A stretch of 37,420 nucleotides of DNA from Macrostomum lignano (GCA_002269645.1 NIVC01003656.1:1-37420); one strand, 5' to 3'. Counted from the first letter of the stretch, positions 12,114-30,494 are shown. Program-made: numbers and translations. The notes: a model not told the origin generated them from the sequence alone.

Positions 12114-13506
12114 AAAGCAGATTTGGAGCAGAAATAACTTTCGAATCGGGGGAGAAGGGAGGGTGGCGCTGAGCTGTCTAAACTTGAAACTCCACAAGCT
12201 TTGGGGGGTCTCGTTTTGTTTTTAGGAGAAACTGGCGGCGACTGGAAGGGTTGCGGGAGCTGGCGGCGGGGAGGGGGTTGGGAACAGGAAGTCGCTCATC
12301 TGGGATCGATGATGGCCGGGGAGGAGTCAAGATCCGGCTTGTATTTTTACAAGGGGAAGGCAGCAGCTTCTCTGTCGCTTCTCTCCATCAACTTTGCCGC
12401 CAACTGGCGGTTCAAGCCGATGGAAACTTATTCGAAAGAAATTACCCCACCAGGCCGCTTAAGATAATGATTCGCTTCCTCCAAATTGTTCGAAGGGGGC
12501 GCACGGAGCAATTATCCCCAAAATGGATAGGATCCTCATCCCCCCCCCCCCAGCCGGGAGCTGAGAGCGGCTAGCTATAGGAAAGCAATTTAGCTGAGGC
12601 CAAAGTCACTCAGAGTTGCGGAGCTGAAGGCAGGCAAAGCCCCGGCCGTCTGGCGGGAGCGACAGTCGTGGACAAAAATGATGCGGGCATCTTCAAAACA
12701 AAAAAGCCAGCTCAGATGGTTGCGGAGCCTCCCTCTGTGGTGGCGGGCAAGATCGCCATCCCCCCATGACCGGAGCGCTTTAGGAAATTTTCATGAAATT
12801 TTTATGCGCCCCACCCCTCAGAGCGCCACCATCTCCCCGTTAGATCCCCTCGGCGTCCTGAGCCTTCCCAGAGCCTTGCTCAGCTCAGCCCCAGATCAGG
12901 GAGGCAGACTGTTGCTCCGTGGGTTGCACAGTGGGTTCTCATTCAGCGTGTTGCTGCCCCTAAGCAGTTTCTGTCCCTCATCCTTCTTAGCAGCAGCCCG
13001 CACCTCTTCATCAGCAGACTCATCATCGGGTGTTCTGCCGCGTTTTAAGTTTTAAAAACTGAGTTCAACCAGAAACAGAGAGAGACACAGGTGGGTGGGG
13101 ACGGGGTTGCTCAACCTCGTGTCTCCTGCTGCCCCTGCAACTTTGATAATCATTAATTTTATTGCACCTGCGAGGCGCGGAGGGGGGGGCATTCAGCAAT
13201 AAACGCGGAAAACTTCGCGGAGGCCCTGGTTTAAAGAAACCGGCGTTCCCTTGAGTCGCCTGGGCAGGCGCTGAGGATTTTAGGATTGGGATGCGAACAT
13301 CCCCGAGCTCAGTAAGAACTGACGCCTCCCTGATCCCCAATTTTCGGACAATTGTCAGGCAGTAAAAAAGAAACTTCAAATATGAATTATTAATTTTTGA
13401 TTTTTGAGTCACAATCAGATATATCAGTGTCCTGCTCCCAATGCTTCAATGCTGGTAGAACATGGGGCGGGATTTTATTCGGGAAAATATTAAAACGCTT
13501 TTGTTG

Positions 13507-13602
13507 ACTTACCGAACTTCGAGTTCAGGCCTTGCGTAGTGAAGCTTAGTAGCAAATACAAATTGACAACGATGGGGTCCGCCGGGGCTTGTCAGTTTTA
13601 TA
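13507..13602 (-). promoter_or_regulatory. Putative pros core promoter and short non-coding first exon
   Basis: Minus strand TATAAAA at 13602-13596 and perfect donor TCG|GTAAGT at 13512-13507, which pairs with the acceptor at 12098. Confidence 0.4.
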
Positions 13603-14574
13603 ATAACACAGCCCCCTCCTCAGGGTCCTCCTCAGTTCAGGGAAGATCTTGGGAGGAGGCTATCACCCGCTCCTGACTGGCTGCGCGCCCGCCTCCCCGT
13701 CTCCCCGACCTGATGGAGAAGCCTCCCAGCCTCCGTCTTGCCACCGCCATCGGCCTCTCACCATTGGCCGAGAGCAGGGAAGACCAAAAAAGACACTAAG
13801 AATGGACCTGAAAATTATCAGGGCGCTGCCGACATGAGGGCTCAACTTTTTAATGCTTTTTGCTTTTGTAGCGTGCGGGTTCGGCTTGAAGTTGTCTGAC
13901 AGTTCGGCTGCTGCTGGTGGTAGCGGAAGAGTTTTGCCAGCCTTTAGTCTGGTTTCCGCAACCAGCAGAAGATCCACTGGAGTTTGTTCGTCATCCCAGA
14001 ACAAAACAGAGGCCTTGGTAAAGCAAAACAATGCCTTAAAATCCACCTCAACTCACTTATGTGGAACCCGCATTCTCCTACACGAGACGAGCTGCAAGCA
14101 AAAGCCTAGCAGTCCTTCTCTCTGGTTAGTTAACGGAAACTGCCTGCTTAGCAGGTATCTCCCTCAGTCTCTCATCTGCTTCATTTTCTTTCGACTCCAT
14201 TTTTCTACTCCAGTAATTAAAGCGATTTCCTGTTTGAAAAAATGGCAGAATTATTAGGCAATTAATTAGTTGGATAAAATCGACGAGACTGCCGGAAGCT
14301 GGTCAAGATGACTCCAGCCTGACCCAGATAACTGGACCGCTTCCGGGATGTTTGCTTGCAGTGTATTATTTTCAACTCTTCATCATTTATTAGCCAAAGT
14401 CTCCCAACGGGATTGTTAAATCTTTCCTCCCCATGGGGGCAGAACGTGCTCAAATAATAACAAAATTTATTAGTAGGCCTTGCGTCATCAGTCTTGCTTC
14501 GGAGGTCAAAACTCGACTTTGCTTCTGGGGTACCCAGCAATACCATTGTGTAGCCTTGGTTTCTTGGGGTAGAG

Positions 14575-19830
<5,256 letters not shown>

Positions 19831-20606
19831 ACCTAACCAACCTTGGTATGTCTTAAGTCACCTGGATTTGTGGCAATTATTCTTTCAACCTTGATTTTAA
19901 AGTTTTTTTTCACTTTACTAAAATCTGTACAGGCGATCCTCAGTAACCGAACCCATCCAGCTAATCAATCAAGAGCTGCCAAGCAGAGCCAGCTGGGCCT
20001 TACGGCTTCAACAGTTCATTTCGCTCCAATAGTTTGTGAAAGATGTCAAAATTTTGTTACAATATTCTTCCTGTAATGCGGTCTTACTTTGTTGCATCAT
20101 ATCGAGCCTTCATCAATCTGTCAGAACTTTCTTATCGCTTCTTTTAGAGACTGACTTTTATGCCCCCCCCCCGTCTGGGCGTGCTCCATCTGGAGTAGCA
20201 ATATCAATACTGATCGCGTATTGCTGCGCGCGGCCTTCGTCTTTCGACAATGCGGGAAGAACAAGAGGGTAGCGACGATCGGCCACGTGTTGTGCGCGAT
20301 AATATTTTTAGAGATGGCTTTTATGACTGGCAGATCAAGGCATGAGGACAGCTCGTCAGCTGAGTTGACTGGGAGAGGTCCGAGACCCTCATCTTCATCA
20401 GTTTTGGAGTCTTCTTTCTGAATTGGATCCTCTGCAGTTCCGAGGTCTACTGCAGGTTCACATGCGGGTGGGTTGCTGATCGCATTTCCTCATTGAAGGC
20501 AATATCTGCTCTGGGGTCTTTTTTAGTTTTCTAATCATTTTCCTCTTCAGGTATCAAGCTGATAGCATTTAGTTAGCGGTAGAATGAATGCAGATTACAC
20601 AGGCAT

Positions 20607-21135
20607 AGTAGGTCAGACAAGTAGGTCGGACAGGAAGGTCAGACAGGTAGGTAAAGACAGGTAGCTAAAGATAGGTAGGTGAGGACAGTTTGGTAAAGAC
20701 AGGCTGGTAAGGACAGGTAGGTAAAGACAGGTTGGTAAGGACAGGTATGTAAAGACAGTTAGATAAAGACAGGTAGGTAAATACAGGTAGGTAAAGACAG
20801 GTAGGGTAAAGACAGGTAGGGTAAAGACAGGTAGGTAAAGACAGGTAGGTAAAGACAGGTAGGTAAAGACAGGTAGGTAAAGACAGGTAGGTAAAGACAG
20901 GTAGGTAAAGACAGGTAGGTAAAGACAGGTAGGTAAAGACAGGTAGGTAAAGACAGGTAGGTAAAGACAGGTAGGTAAAGACAGGTAGGTAAAGACAGGT
21001 AGGTAAAGACAGGTAGGTAAATACAGGTAGCTAAAGATAGGTAGGTAAGGACAGTTAGGTAAAGACAGGTAGGTAAAGACAGGTAGGTAAAGACAGGTAG
21101 ATAAGGACAGGCAGGTAAAGACAGGTAGGTAAAGA
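20607..21135. repeat. 14-bp minisatellite AGGTAGGTAAAGAC
   Basis: Perfect core at about 20830-21010 with degenerate edges. Confidence 0.96.
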
Positions 21136-21644
21136 AAGATAAGTAAATATGAGGTTAGTCATAGCAGGTAAATACAATACGCTATGACGCCATAACCAGG
21201 TGCAAAATCATCTCTCAGTTGAGTGCAGCTCCTTCTTCTTCACGAGTGTTTCATCTTTCCTCTTTGGGCAAGATAAATTTCTATCGCAATAAATTTCCCC
21301 ACCTGAGATGAGGAGGCCAGAAGGTGGGTCTCTTCTCTCTCCCACCTCTCAAGACTTATCTTCGCAGAGTTTTTTTGTTAAAATCCTTTCAGATTCTGAT
21401 CCTCGACTTTCTCATTTAATAATAATAAAAATGGTGGCAGCTCTGCACCCTTCTGCAATGATGATTTTTTTTGCAAGGAGCTCCTTGACTCGATCGCCAT
21501 CTGTTCGATAGTTGCACCTAATTGCAGGACCAGCTCAATGGTGCCAACCCCCCTCCCATTTTCTGACAACTTTAGTCTCACTGCAGACAAGTTTGTGTGT
21601 TATATTTTGCTAAACTTTCTCAAATTATAAGGATTGATAAAAAC

Positions 21645-22251
21645 AAATTAGATCATAGATTGCACTAAAATACAAATTAGATCATAGATTGCACTAAAAT
21701 ACAAATTAGATCATAGATTGCACTAAAATACAAATTAGATCATAGATTGCACTAAAATACAAATTAGATCATAGATTGCACTAAAAAACATTAGATCATA
21801 GATTGCACTAAAATACAAATTAGATCATAGATTGCACTAAAATACAAATTAGATCATAGATTGCACTAAAATACAAATTAGATCATAGATTGCACTAAAA
21901 TACAAATTAGATCATAGATTGCACTAAAAAACATATTAGATCATAGATTGCACTAAAATACAAATTAGATCATAGATTGCACTAAAATACAAATTAGATC
22001 ATAGATTGCACTAAAAAACATATTAGATCATAGATTGCACTAAAATACAAATTAGATCATAGATTGCACTAAAATACAAATTAGATCATAGATTGCACTA
22101 AAATACAAATTAGATCATAGATTGCACTAAAAAACATATTAGATCATAGATTGCACTAAAATACAAATTAGATCATAGATTGCACTAAAATACAAATTAG
22201 ATCATAGATTGCACTAAAATACAAATTAGATCATAGATTGCACTAAAATAC
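21645..22251. repeat. 29-bp AT-rich minisatellite AAATTAGATCATAGATTGCACTAAAATAC x~21
   Basis: Period of 29 (21645, 21674, ...); highly homogeneous, no spacers. Confidence 0.97.
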
Positions 22252-22298
22252 ACAAATACGCAACCAAACGGCTCCGGAGCCTCCTGGACCAGCTGTTT

Positions 22299-22348
22299 CC
22301 CCGACCAGGGAATACTCGAGTATAGTATAGAGTATTCCCTGCCCCAAC
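22299..22348. mobile_element. 36-bp hairpin micro-element (22306-22341) with near-perfect 7-bp flanking direct repeats
   Basis: CCCCGAC | CAGGGAATACTC GAGTATAGTATA GAGTATTCCCTG | CCCCAAC. Confidence 0.45.
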
Positions 22349-22810
22349 ACTGACTGCAGCTTATCAATCAAGCACATCGTCCTTAACTAAATCCTCCAGC
22401 TCACAATTTAGCATGCTGACTCTTCGCGTGCTCAACACTTTGCATCAAGTTGTTGCAACGGGGGGTTGGCGGGGGGTGAGTCTTCTGGAAGCGACAAAAA
22501 AGCTGCATTAAAACGCTTCGCGAACCGCTTGAGAACATTTTTATTGGCAAGAGTTCTTCCCGATGCGAAGTCCGCACCTTTTTTATGGATTGCTGCTGAG
22601 AAGTGGAAGAAGCTGATAAACTGCGCAAAAATAAATAAAAAAGCGCTATTGAAGATAGCGGTGGACTCAATTGCGGTACTGTCTCATTGACTCTGACTTG
22701 AGTATTGGAGCGAGGCGAAATCGAGTGGGGAACAAAGGCATGACCCATGAACCCCTTCGAATATTAATGAACGGCTGAGAGAGAGAGGTGAAGACCGGCA
22801 GAAAAATAGG

Positions 22811-23250
22811 GGAGAGAGGGGCAGACAGAGAGGGGCAGACAGAGAGGGGCAGACAGAGAGGGGCAGACAGAGAGGGAAGAGAGGAGAGAGAGGAGTAGAC
22901 AGGGAGGGGAGAGAGGGGAGACAGGCAAGGGAGAGAGGGGCAGACAGGGAGGGGAGAGAGGGGCAGACAGGCAAAGGAGAGAGGGGCAGACAGGGAGGGA
23001 GAGAGGGGCAGACAGGGAGGAGAGAGAGGGGCAGATAGGGAGGGGCAGACAGGGAGGGGCAGACAGGGAGAGGCAGACAGAGAGGGGCAGACAGGGAGGG
23101 GCAGACAGGGAGTGGCAGACAGGGAGGGGCATACAGAGGGGGAGAGAGGAGAGAGAGAGGGGCAGACAGAAGGGGAAGAGAGGAGAGAGAGAGGGGCAGA
23201 CAGGGAGTTGAGAGGGGCAGACAGAGAGGGCAGAGAGGGGACAAGTAGAC
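22811..23250. repeat. Degenerate purine-rich repeat (GAGGGGCAGACAG(A/G))
   Basis: Direct reading; source of the LSAPL/CLPL ORFs. Confidence 0.93.
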
Positions 23251-25790
23251 AGAGAAGGAGATAAAAGGATGTAGAGAATGAGGAGCAGGGAGAGCCGCAG
23301 CATTCGGAGAACCAGGTAGGAGTCGCCTCTGCCCTCACTTGGGCTGAAAACCATAATGAGCTTTCCGAACGGAAATGCAGCACAGCTCAACAACATACAG
23401 CAAGACAAAAGAAAAAAACTGCTCCTGTAGAGATGAAAAACTTCAGTTAGTCAATCGAGAGTCAATTAGTTTGCAAGCTGGAGCCGGACTGTGCTCAGGA
23501 AGTACCTGACTCCGTGTCTCCATCGCTTAGTGTTGTGTCTATTAAACTGCGTGGCTGCTGCGTGTCTTCCAGATCCTCTCCAGCAGAGGGGGCTGGAGGA
23601 GGAACTCCAGCGAAGGCCCTCCTTGCCCGAGCTCCCCAAAGGCTGGCTGCTCCAACACGCAGGACTTGAAGTGCCAGGAAGCAGCAGAGCGCACAGGAGA
23701 GTCCTAATAAAAATCCCCTTTCTACTCTTTTATTTGAATTCCTGTGTCTGGTTTTTTGTGCCACACCATAGCGCCCCCCAGTATCTCGCATTCCGATTTG
23801 CAGTTCACCCCATTCTTCTCCCTACTCATCTCTCATCTTTGGGCGGCTCCCCTGCTTGGGTCTCTGCAGCTTAATTGGAGAAAGATGAGGCATTTCAGGA
23901 CCGAGTGGTGCGCTGCTGGGAAGGGAAAACAATGGAGGAGAGGAGAGTGGGGGTTGGGAGATCTGCCCACTGCTTGGGAAGCTTCCGGTAGGCGCGCCTG
24001 AACAGCCATTAGGAAGAAAGAATCATTGAGGTATGTCAGCTCAGCCCCCCTCAAGTGACCGGGCAGGCCAGAAAGTTGAGAGCACCTCTGAGTGGCCAAT
24101 TTTATGACGAGAAGTTTCGAAGGCGAAAACTGGGCCCAATAAATTCCCAATTCACCTGATCAGTTTGCCAGGGGGAGGGACGAGAGTGGGGATCGGGGAA
24201 GTTTTTCATTTGAGTTCGAAGAAGCGACCAGAATATTTAATCTTCTTTTTTTCCTAGAGATGATGCTTTCTGCTCCCGGGCTGCGGAAGCGAGTCAGGTC
24301 CCCGCAGTATCCTGCTGGGGCCATCAAATTCAATTAGCTGAGAGCCTTGCCCTCAGACAGAAAACTATTGGGGTGATTGGTCAGGATTAACGATGATTTG
24401 GACTTGGAGCACCTTTTGTCTAAAATCTTTGTCTGGAACCAAGTCAGCCGCTGCGCTGACCTGCCGGACGACATGAAACAGCCAGTCGCGTGAGCAGCAC
24501 AATTGTCTTCTAACAGAGTTATTGCTGACGGGTGTGGGATGTGTTCCGCTTGCCTGGCCCTTACCTTCTGCCAGAGTCTGCGGCGCTTGATGATCACCTG
24601 GAGACAGCGGGTGGGGGGTTGTTGGCTGAGGAGAAGGCAGAAGCTGGAGGGAGGACAGGCAGACCAGTCACTGAGAGGCTGGTGCGGGCCCTGTAAGATA
24701 ATGGATTAGTGTGTTGGCCGTTGATCCTGCTCAGGGCTCACGGATATCTCTGCTACTGCAGCCTTAGGCAGGCCTGGGGTTTGGAAGTAGCGGCTCCGGT
24801 CCCGCCAAGTCAAATCCCCCAGAACACCCCCCCCCCTAGAAGCAAGAGGCAAAAAGCAAGTTTCTCTCTCTCTGTCTCCGCGTGTGTGCTGTATGGCGTG
24901 AAGTCGGGCCTGGCTGCCCAGAGCCGTCATGAGCGGACGAGAAACAAATACAGAGAATTGAAAGACTAAAGAGATGGAGTGGGAGACGGGCAGGCGTAGA
25001 GGAAAGAGGCCCAGGTGAGGAGATGAGGAGAAGTAGGAGATAAACGACTCCCCCCAGCAGCCAGTTACTGGGATGAGCAGCATTGAGCACAATAGGCTGG
25101 ATGCTGAATATATTGGTCATCGGGAGCGGGGAGATGAGAAGGCGGACTCACCGGCCACTTAACTTTTTGTGCACCGCCCCCCCCCCGGGTTATTTTGCTG
25201 CCAAAGATTCAGGCGCTGATGCTGAGAGGAGAAGTTTTGCAGCTCTTATGGCCCCGGCCATTTATTTGCAGCGAGTGGCCCGGCCATCCCTGCAGCCTCT
25301 TTTAGAAGCCTCTGCATTGCTGCAACCGCTGCCCGGGGGCCGATTGTAAAACTAACAAGCAGGCGTAAATAAGTAATACGCTCCATCATGGCCCTGAAAG
25401 TTGGGGGGGGGGTGGGGTTGGAGCTTCCAAAAGTGGTAGAAATATAGATTAAGAGCTCAGGACTCCCAGGAGCGGTTTAGAAACAATTTGCAAGATTGGC
25501 CCCCTCCGCCTCGCGAGAAAAAATACTCAATTTCCTGGCCGGAGAGATGCGGGCTTGAGAACCGACCGGGGGGGGGGGAGAGACTGGGAGGATGGAGCAG
25601 TGGGAAACGAGATCGGGACAGCAGGGGCTTGCCGCGATGGAAAGAATATTTTTTGTCTGAGGATATCCAACCCAGACTTCCACCTGGGATGCTGGCCCGA
25701 CCGTGAAATAAATCGGATGACGAAGAGAGGAGACTGGGAATTAATATTGTCTGATAAAAGGCAAATCAACTGCGAGAGAAGAGAGAATTC

Positions 25791-26613
25791 AGGAATGAAG
25801 GGAGCGAAGATTAGGAATGAAGGGAGCGAAGATTAGGAATGAAGGGAGCGGAGATTAGGAATGAAGGGAGCGGAGATTAGGAATGAAGGGAGTGGAGAAT
25901 AGGAATGAAGGGAGCTGAGATTAGAAAAGAAGGGAGCAGAGATCAGAAATTTAGGGAGCGGAGATTAGGAATGAAGGGAGCTGAGATTAGAAATGAAGGG
26001 AGCAGAGATTAGAAATGAAGGGAGCAGAGATCAGAAATGTAGGGAGTGGATAGGAATGTAGGGAGCGGATAGGAATTTAGGGAGCGGATATGAATGTAGG
26101 GAGCGGATAGGAATGTAGGGAGCAGATAGGAATGTAGGGAGCGGATAGGAATTTAGGGAGCGGATATGAATGTAGGGAGCGGATAGGAATGTAGGGAGCG
26201 GATATGAATGTAGGGAGCGGATAGGAATGTAGGGAGCGGATATGAATGTAGGGAGCGGATAGGAATGTAGGGAGCGGATAGGGATGTAGGAAGCGGATAG
26301 GAATGTAGGGAGCGGATAGGAATGTAGGGAGCGGATATGAATGTAGGGAGCGGATAGGAATGTAGGGAGCGGATAGGAATGTAGGGAGCGGATAGGAATT
26401 TAGGGAGCGGATATGAATGTAGGGAGCGGATAGGAATGTAGGGAGCGGATATGAATGTAGGGAGCGGATGGGAATGTAGGGAGCGGATATGAATGTAGGG
26501 AGCGGATATGAATGTAGGGAGCGGATATGAATGTAGGGAGCGGATAGGAATGTAGGGAGCGGATAGGAATGTAGGGAGCGGATAGGAATGTAGGGAGCGG
26601 ATAGGAATGTAGG
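25791..26613. repeat. Minisatellite grading from 22-bp AGGAATGAAGGGAGCGGAGATT to 19-bp AGGAATGTAGGGAGCGGAT
   Basis: Unit length changes at about 26040. Confidence 0.95.
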
Positions 26614-27036
26614 AAACTTCAAAGAAAAAGATGAAGCCGTGAAAACGAGATGCCAGGCTCCATCAACTGCTTCCCAGAATAATTTTCCCCGATCATTTTG
26701 TTTCGATTTTCGAAAGCCAACGGAAGCTGCGCCAAGTCGGTTGGCACGCCGGCCGCTGCTTCATCAAATCCAGAGGGGCGATCGCGAGGCAAATGGCAGC
26801 TTCTTGAGAAGTCGCTTTCCCACTCCCGGGCACTGAGAGAGGAAATTGTCCCTTGCGATGTCTTAATTTCCTGTGCCGACACGCATAGACGTTGCCCTCC
26901 CCCCAGATTTTCTTTGTTCGATTTTTCCCGCATCTTGGCGCGGTTTTCAGTTCCTGATGCCGCGCACCTCCGGCTGCTGCCCGCTTTCTCGGAGACTCCG
27001 CCCGCGGGTCCTTATAATCTCTTTGATCGCTTTAAT

Positions 27037-27505
27037 CCCTCTAGTCTCTCTGATCCCTCTGATCCCTCTAATTTCTCTAATCTCTCTAATCTCTCTGATC
27101 TCCCTAATCTCTCTAATCACTTTTTGATCTCTTTAGTCCCTCTAAACTCTCTGATCTCTCTAATTTCTCTAATCTCTCTAATCTCTCTAATCTCTCTGAT
27201 ATCTCTGATTTCTCTGATTTCTCTAAACTCTCTAAATCTCTCTGATCTCTCTAATCTCTCTAAACTCTCTGATTTCTCTAATTTCTCTAATCTCTCTAAT
27301 CTCTCTGATCTCTCTGATCTCTCTATAACTTCTCTAATCTCTTTTTGATCTCGCTAATCTGTCTAATCTCTCTGATCTCTCCAATCCCTCTAATCTCTCT
27401 GATCTCTCTAATCTCTATAATCCCTCTAATGCCATTAATCCCTCTATTCTCTCTAATCTCTCTAATCTCTTTAATTCCAGTAACCCCTCTATTCCCTCTA
27501 ATCTC
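27037..27505. repeat. Degenerate 9-bp repeat CTCTCT(A/G)AT
   Basis: Direct reading; source of the ISL ORFs. Confidence 0.92.
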
Positions 27506-28200
27506 TCCCCATCCCCAATCAGGAATCCAGAAAGACCCAATCTCTAAATCGCCCCCCCTCAGTCGCAGTTCAATGGATAATCAGTGGAGACGGGAGCGCA
27601 GGAGATCGAGATGTCTGAAGGAGGAAAAAGCGCAGCCCAGGCGCCATCAGTCACAGAGACCCGCTGAGCCGAGCAGATCCAGTCTGCTTATCCAGAATTC
27701 GCGAGCAACTGCTTTGGCCAAAAAGAGAACCTAAAAATCCCTCCCACTGCTTCTCTTCTAGAAGAAGAGAGAGAAGAGATTACAGCAGCAAGGAACGAAG
27801 CCTAAGACAATGGATGAACGGTTGCTGGAGGCCTCCCCCCCCCCGGTAAGATACCGGTGCCGCCGCTCTGCCATCCGCCCTCCTCACCAAAGCATTGTTG
27901 CGATAAAGAAATAAAAAGCTAAAAAATGAGACTTCTGCAGACGAAAAAGCAAGCCGGCGATCGCTTTGGTTGCTGAGGAGGGGGGAGGGCAAAATGATGG
28001 GCTTGCAGGAAGAGTTTTTTGCTTTTGTCTGCGCTGAGCACATCTTCTCCGCACCGCTGGAGATTTCCTGCATCTTTTGTATTCCCACAGTCAAGGATAA
28101 TTATTGATAAACAAAGGCAGAGGAACCCCTGCTGGTGAAAAGGAGCAGCAGAATTTTTAACTTTCTACTAAATACTAATCTTCCTTTTCTGCATCCTCTT

Positions 28201-29005
28201 CCCCTCAGCCTCCTCTTCTCTCCCTTCAATCTCCCCATCTCTCCCTGCAACCTCCCCATCTCTCCCTTCAACCTCCCCATCTCTCCCTTCAACCTCCCCA
28301 TCTCTCCCTTCAACCTCCCCATCTTTCCCTTCAACCTCCCCATCTCTCCCTGCAACCTCCTCATCTCTCCCTTCAACCTCCTCATCTCTCCCTTCAACAT
28401 CCTCATCTCTCCCTTCAACCTCCTCATCTCTCCCTGCAACCTCCCCATCTCTCCCTTCAACCTCCCCATCTTTCCCTTCAACCTCCCCATCTCTCCCTGC
28501 AACCTCCTCATCTCTCCCTTCAACCTCCTCATCTCTCCCTTCAACATCCTCATCTCTCCCTTCAACCTCCTCATCTCTCCCTGCAACCTCCCCATCTCTC
28601 CCTTCAACCTCCCCATCTTTCCCTTCAACCTCCCCATCTCTCCCTGCAACCTCCCCATCTCTCCTTTTAACCTCCTCATCTTTCCCTTCAACCTCCCCAT
28701 CTCTCCCTGCAACCTCCCCATCTCTCCCTTCAACCTCCTCATCTTTCCCTTCAACCTCCCCATCTCTCCCTTCAACCTGCCCATCTCTCCCTGCAACCTC
28801 CCCATCTCTCCCTTCAACCTCCTCATCTTTCCCTTCAACCTCCCCATCTCTCCCTTCAACCTCCTCATCTTTCCCTTCAACCTCTTCATCTTTCCCTTCA
28901 ACCTCCTCATCTTTCCCTTCAACCTCCCCATCTCTCCCTTCAACCTCCTCATCTCTCCCTTTAACCTGCCCATCTCTCCCCTCAGCCACCCCATCTCTCC
29001 CCTCA
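28201..29005. repeat. 21-bp minisatellite CTCCCCATCTCTCCCTTCAAC x~37
   Basis: Direct reading; a 7-unit (147-bp) block is duplicated internally. Confidence 0.97.
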
Positions 29006-29108
29006 GTCTCCTTTCTCTGCCTGAGCTACCAGTATCTCAAACGATTAAAGATGGACATCTTTTTTTGCTAAGTCAATTAGACAGAATAAAAGGGTACACA
29101 TAAGATTG

Positions 29109-29114
29109 TTTATT
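29109..29114 (-). terminator. Candidate polyadenylation signal (AATAAA) of the FHAD1-like gene
   Basis: TTTATT on the plus strand, about 220 nt downstream of the predicted stop. Confidence 0.45.
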
Positions 29115-29332
29115 TACGCATCTCTTTGATAACAGCAAACAGGTTTGAGTAGCGCTCTACCAGCTAATATTACAAAAGATTAAAATAATAATAATATATC
29201 AGAGAGTGAAGACTTGTGAGCAAAGAGATAAAAAATTGACAGGTAGAATGCAGCTGAAAATCACTTTAATGTCCGCGAGCCTCGGAAATCATACAGCTGG
29301 GATCGTATGTACAGCAGCGAGCAGAACCTGTG

Positions 29333-29377
29333 TCAGACTTCTCCGCCTCCCAGCAGCTCGGATTCGTGCGGAAGACC
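29333..29377 (-). CDS. FHAD1: FHAD1-like putative terminal exon [14 protein letters not shown]
   Basis: Acceptor accgccag|GGT in phase 0 matches the upstream donor CTG|gttggt; ends in TGA. Confidence 0.55.
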   Translation of the reverse strand, partial: GLPHESELLGGGEV

Positions 29378-29392
29378 CTGGCGGTGTTGGAG

Positions 29393-29571
<179 letters not shown>

Positions 29572-29666
29572 CGCATAATTGCGTGATTCCAGTTTTCACT
29601 GTTTTTCTACTTGCAGTAGATAATTCGCATATTCAACAAAAATCCAATAGGACTAAAAGAACCAAC

Positions 29667-29807
29667 CAGTGAAGTCTGCAGCCGGGACAGCTTGGTGCTG
29701 GCATTGCGCAGGTCCTTCTCCCGCGAGCGCAGCTCCGCCTTCAGCGAAGCGATCTCATAGTCCTTGCGCTTCATTCTCTCCCGGATGGCTCGCTTGCGCG
29801 CGGCCTC
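29667..29807 (-). CDS. FHAD1: FHAD1-like exon
   Basis: atctcag|EAARKRAIRERMKRKDYEIASLKAELRSREKDLRNASTKLSRLQTSL; coiled coil, phase 0. Confidence 0.85.
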
Positions 29808-29959
29808 CTGAGATTAAGCGAAGGGAATTTAAAAGTTGAGCATATTTTTTAGATTAGATAGAGGCGGTCGGACACACAATGCAAAAAGTACGGGAGAACT
29901 CTGTTGAGCACTTGTTAAATAACACCTGATAATTTTTTACTGTTTAATTGTCCCACAGT

Positions 29960-30494
29960 CCAAATATCCCAAATATCCCAGTATCACAATATCCCACATC
30001 CCAATATCAATATCCCACATCCCAATATCCCACATCCCAATATCCCACATCCCAATATCCCACATCCCAATATCCCACATCCCAATATCCCACATCCCAA
30101 TATTCCACATCCCAATATCCCACATCCCAATATCCCACATCTCAATATCCCACATCCCAATATCCCACATCCCAATATCCCACATCCCAATATCCCACAT
30201 CCCAATATCCCACATCCCAATATCCCACATCCCAATATCCCACATCCCAATATCCCACATCCCAATATCCCACATCTCAATATCCCACATCCCAATATCC
30301 CACATCCCAATATCCCACATCCCAATATCCCACATCCCAATATCCCACATCCCAATATCCCACATCCCAATATCCCACATCCCAATATCCCACATCCCAA
30401 TATCCCACATCCCAATATCCCACATCCCAATATCCCACATCCCAATATCCCACATCCCAATATCCCACATCCCAATATCCCACATCCCAATATC
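29960..30494. repeat. 15-bp minisatellite CCCAATATCCCACAT x~35
   Basis: Near-perfect array filling the intron. Confidence 0.98.

Noticed and set aside
21645-22251. CRISPR-like 29-bp repeat containing ATTGCAC
   Set aside because: Units are head-to-tail with no unique spacers, there are no cas genes, and the context is eukaryotic.
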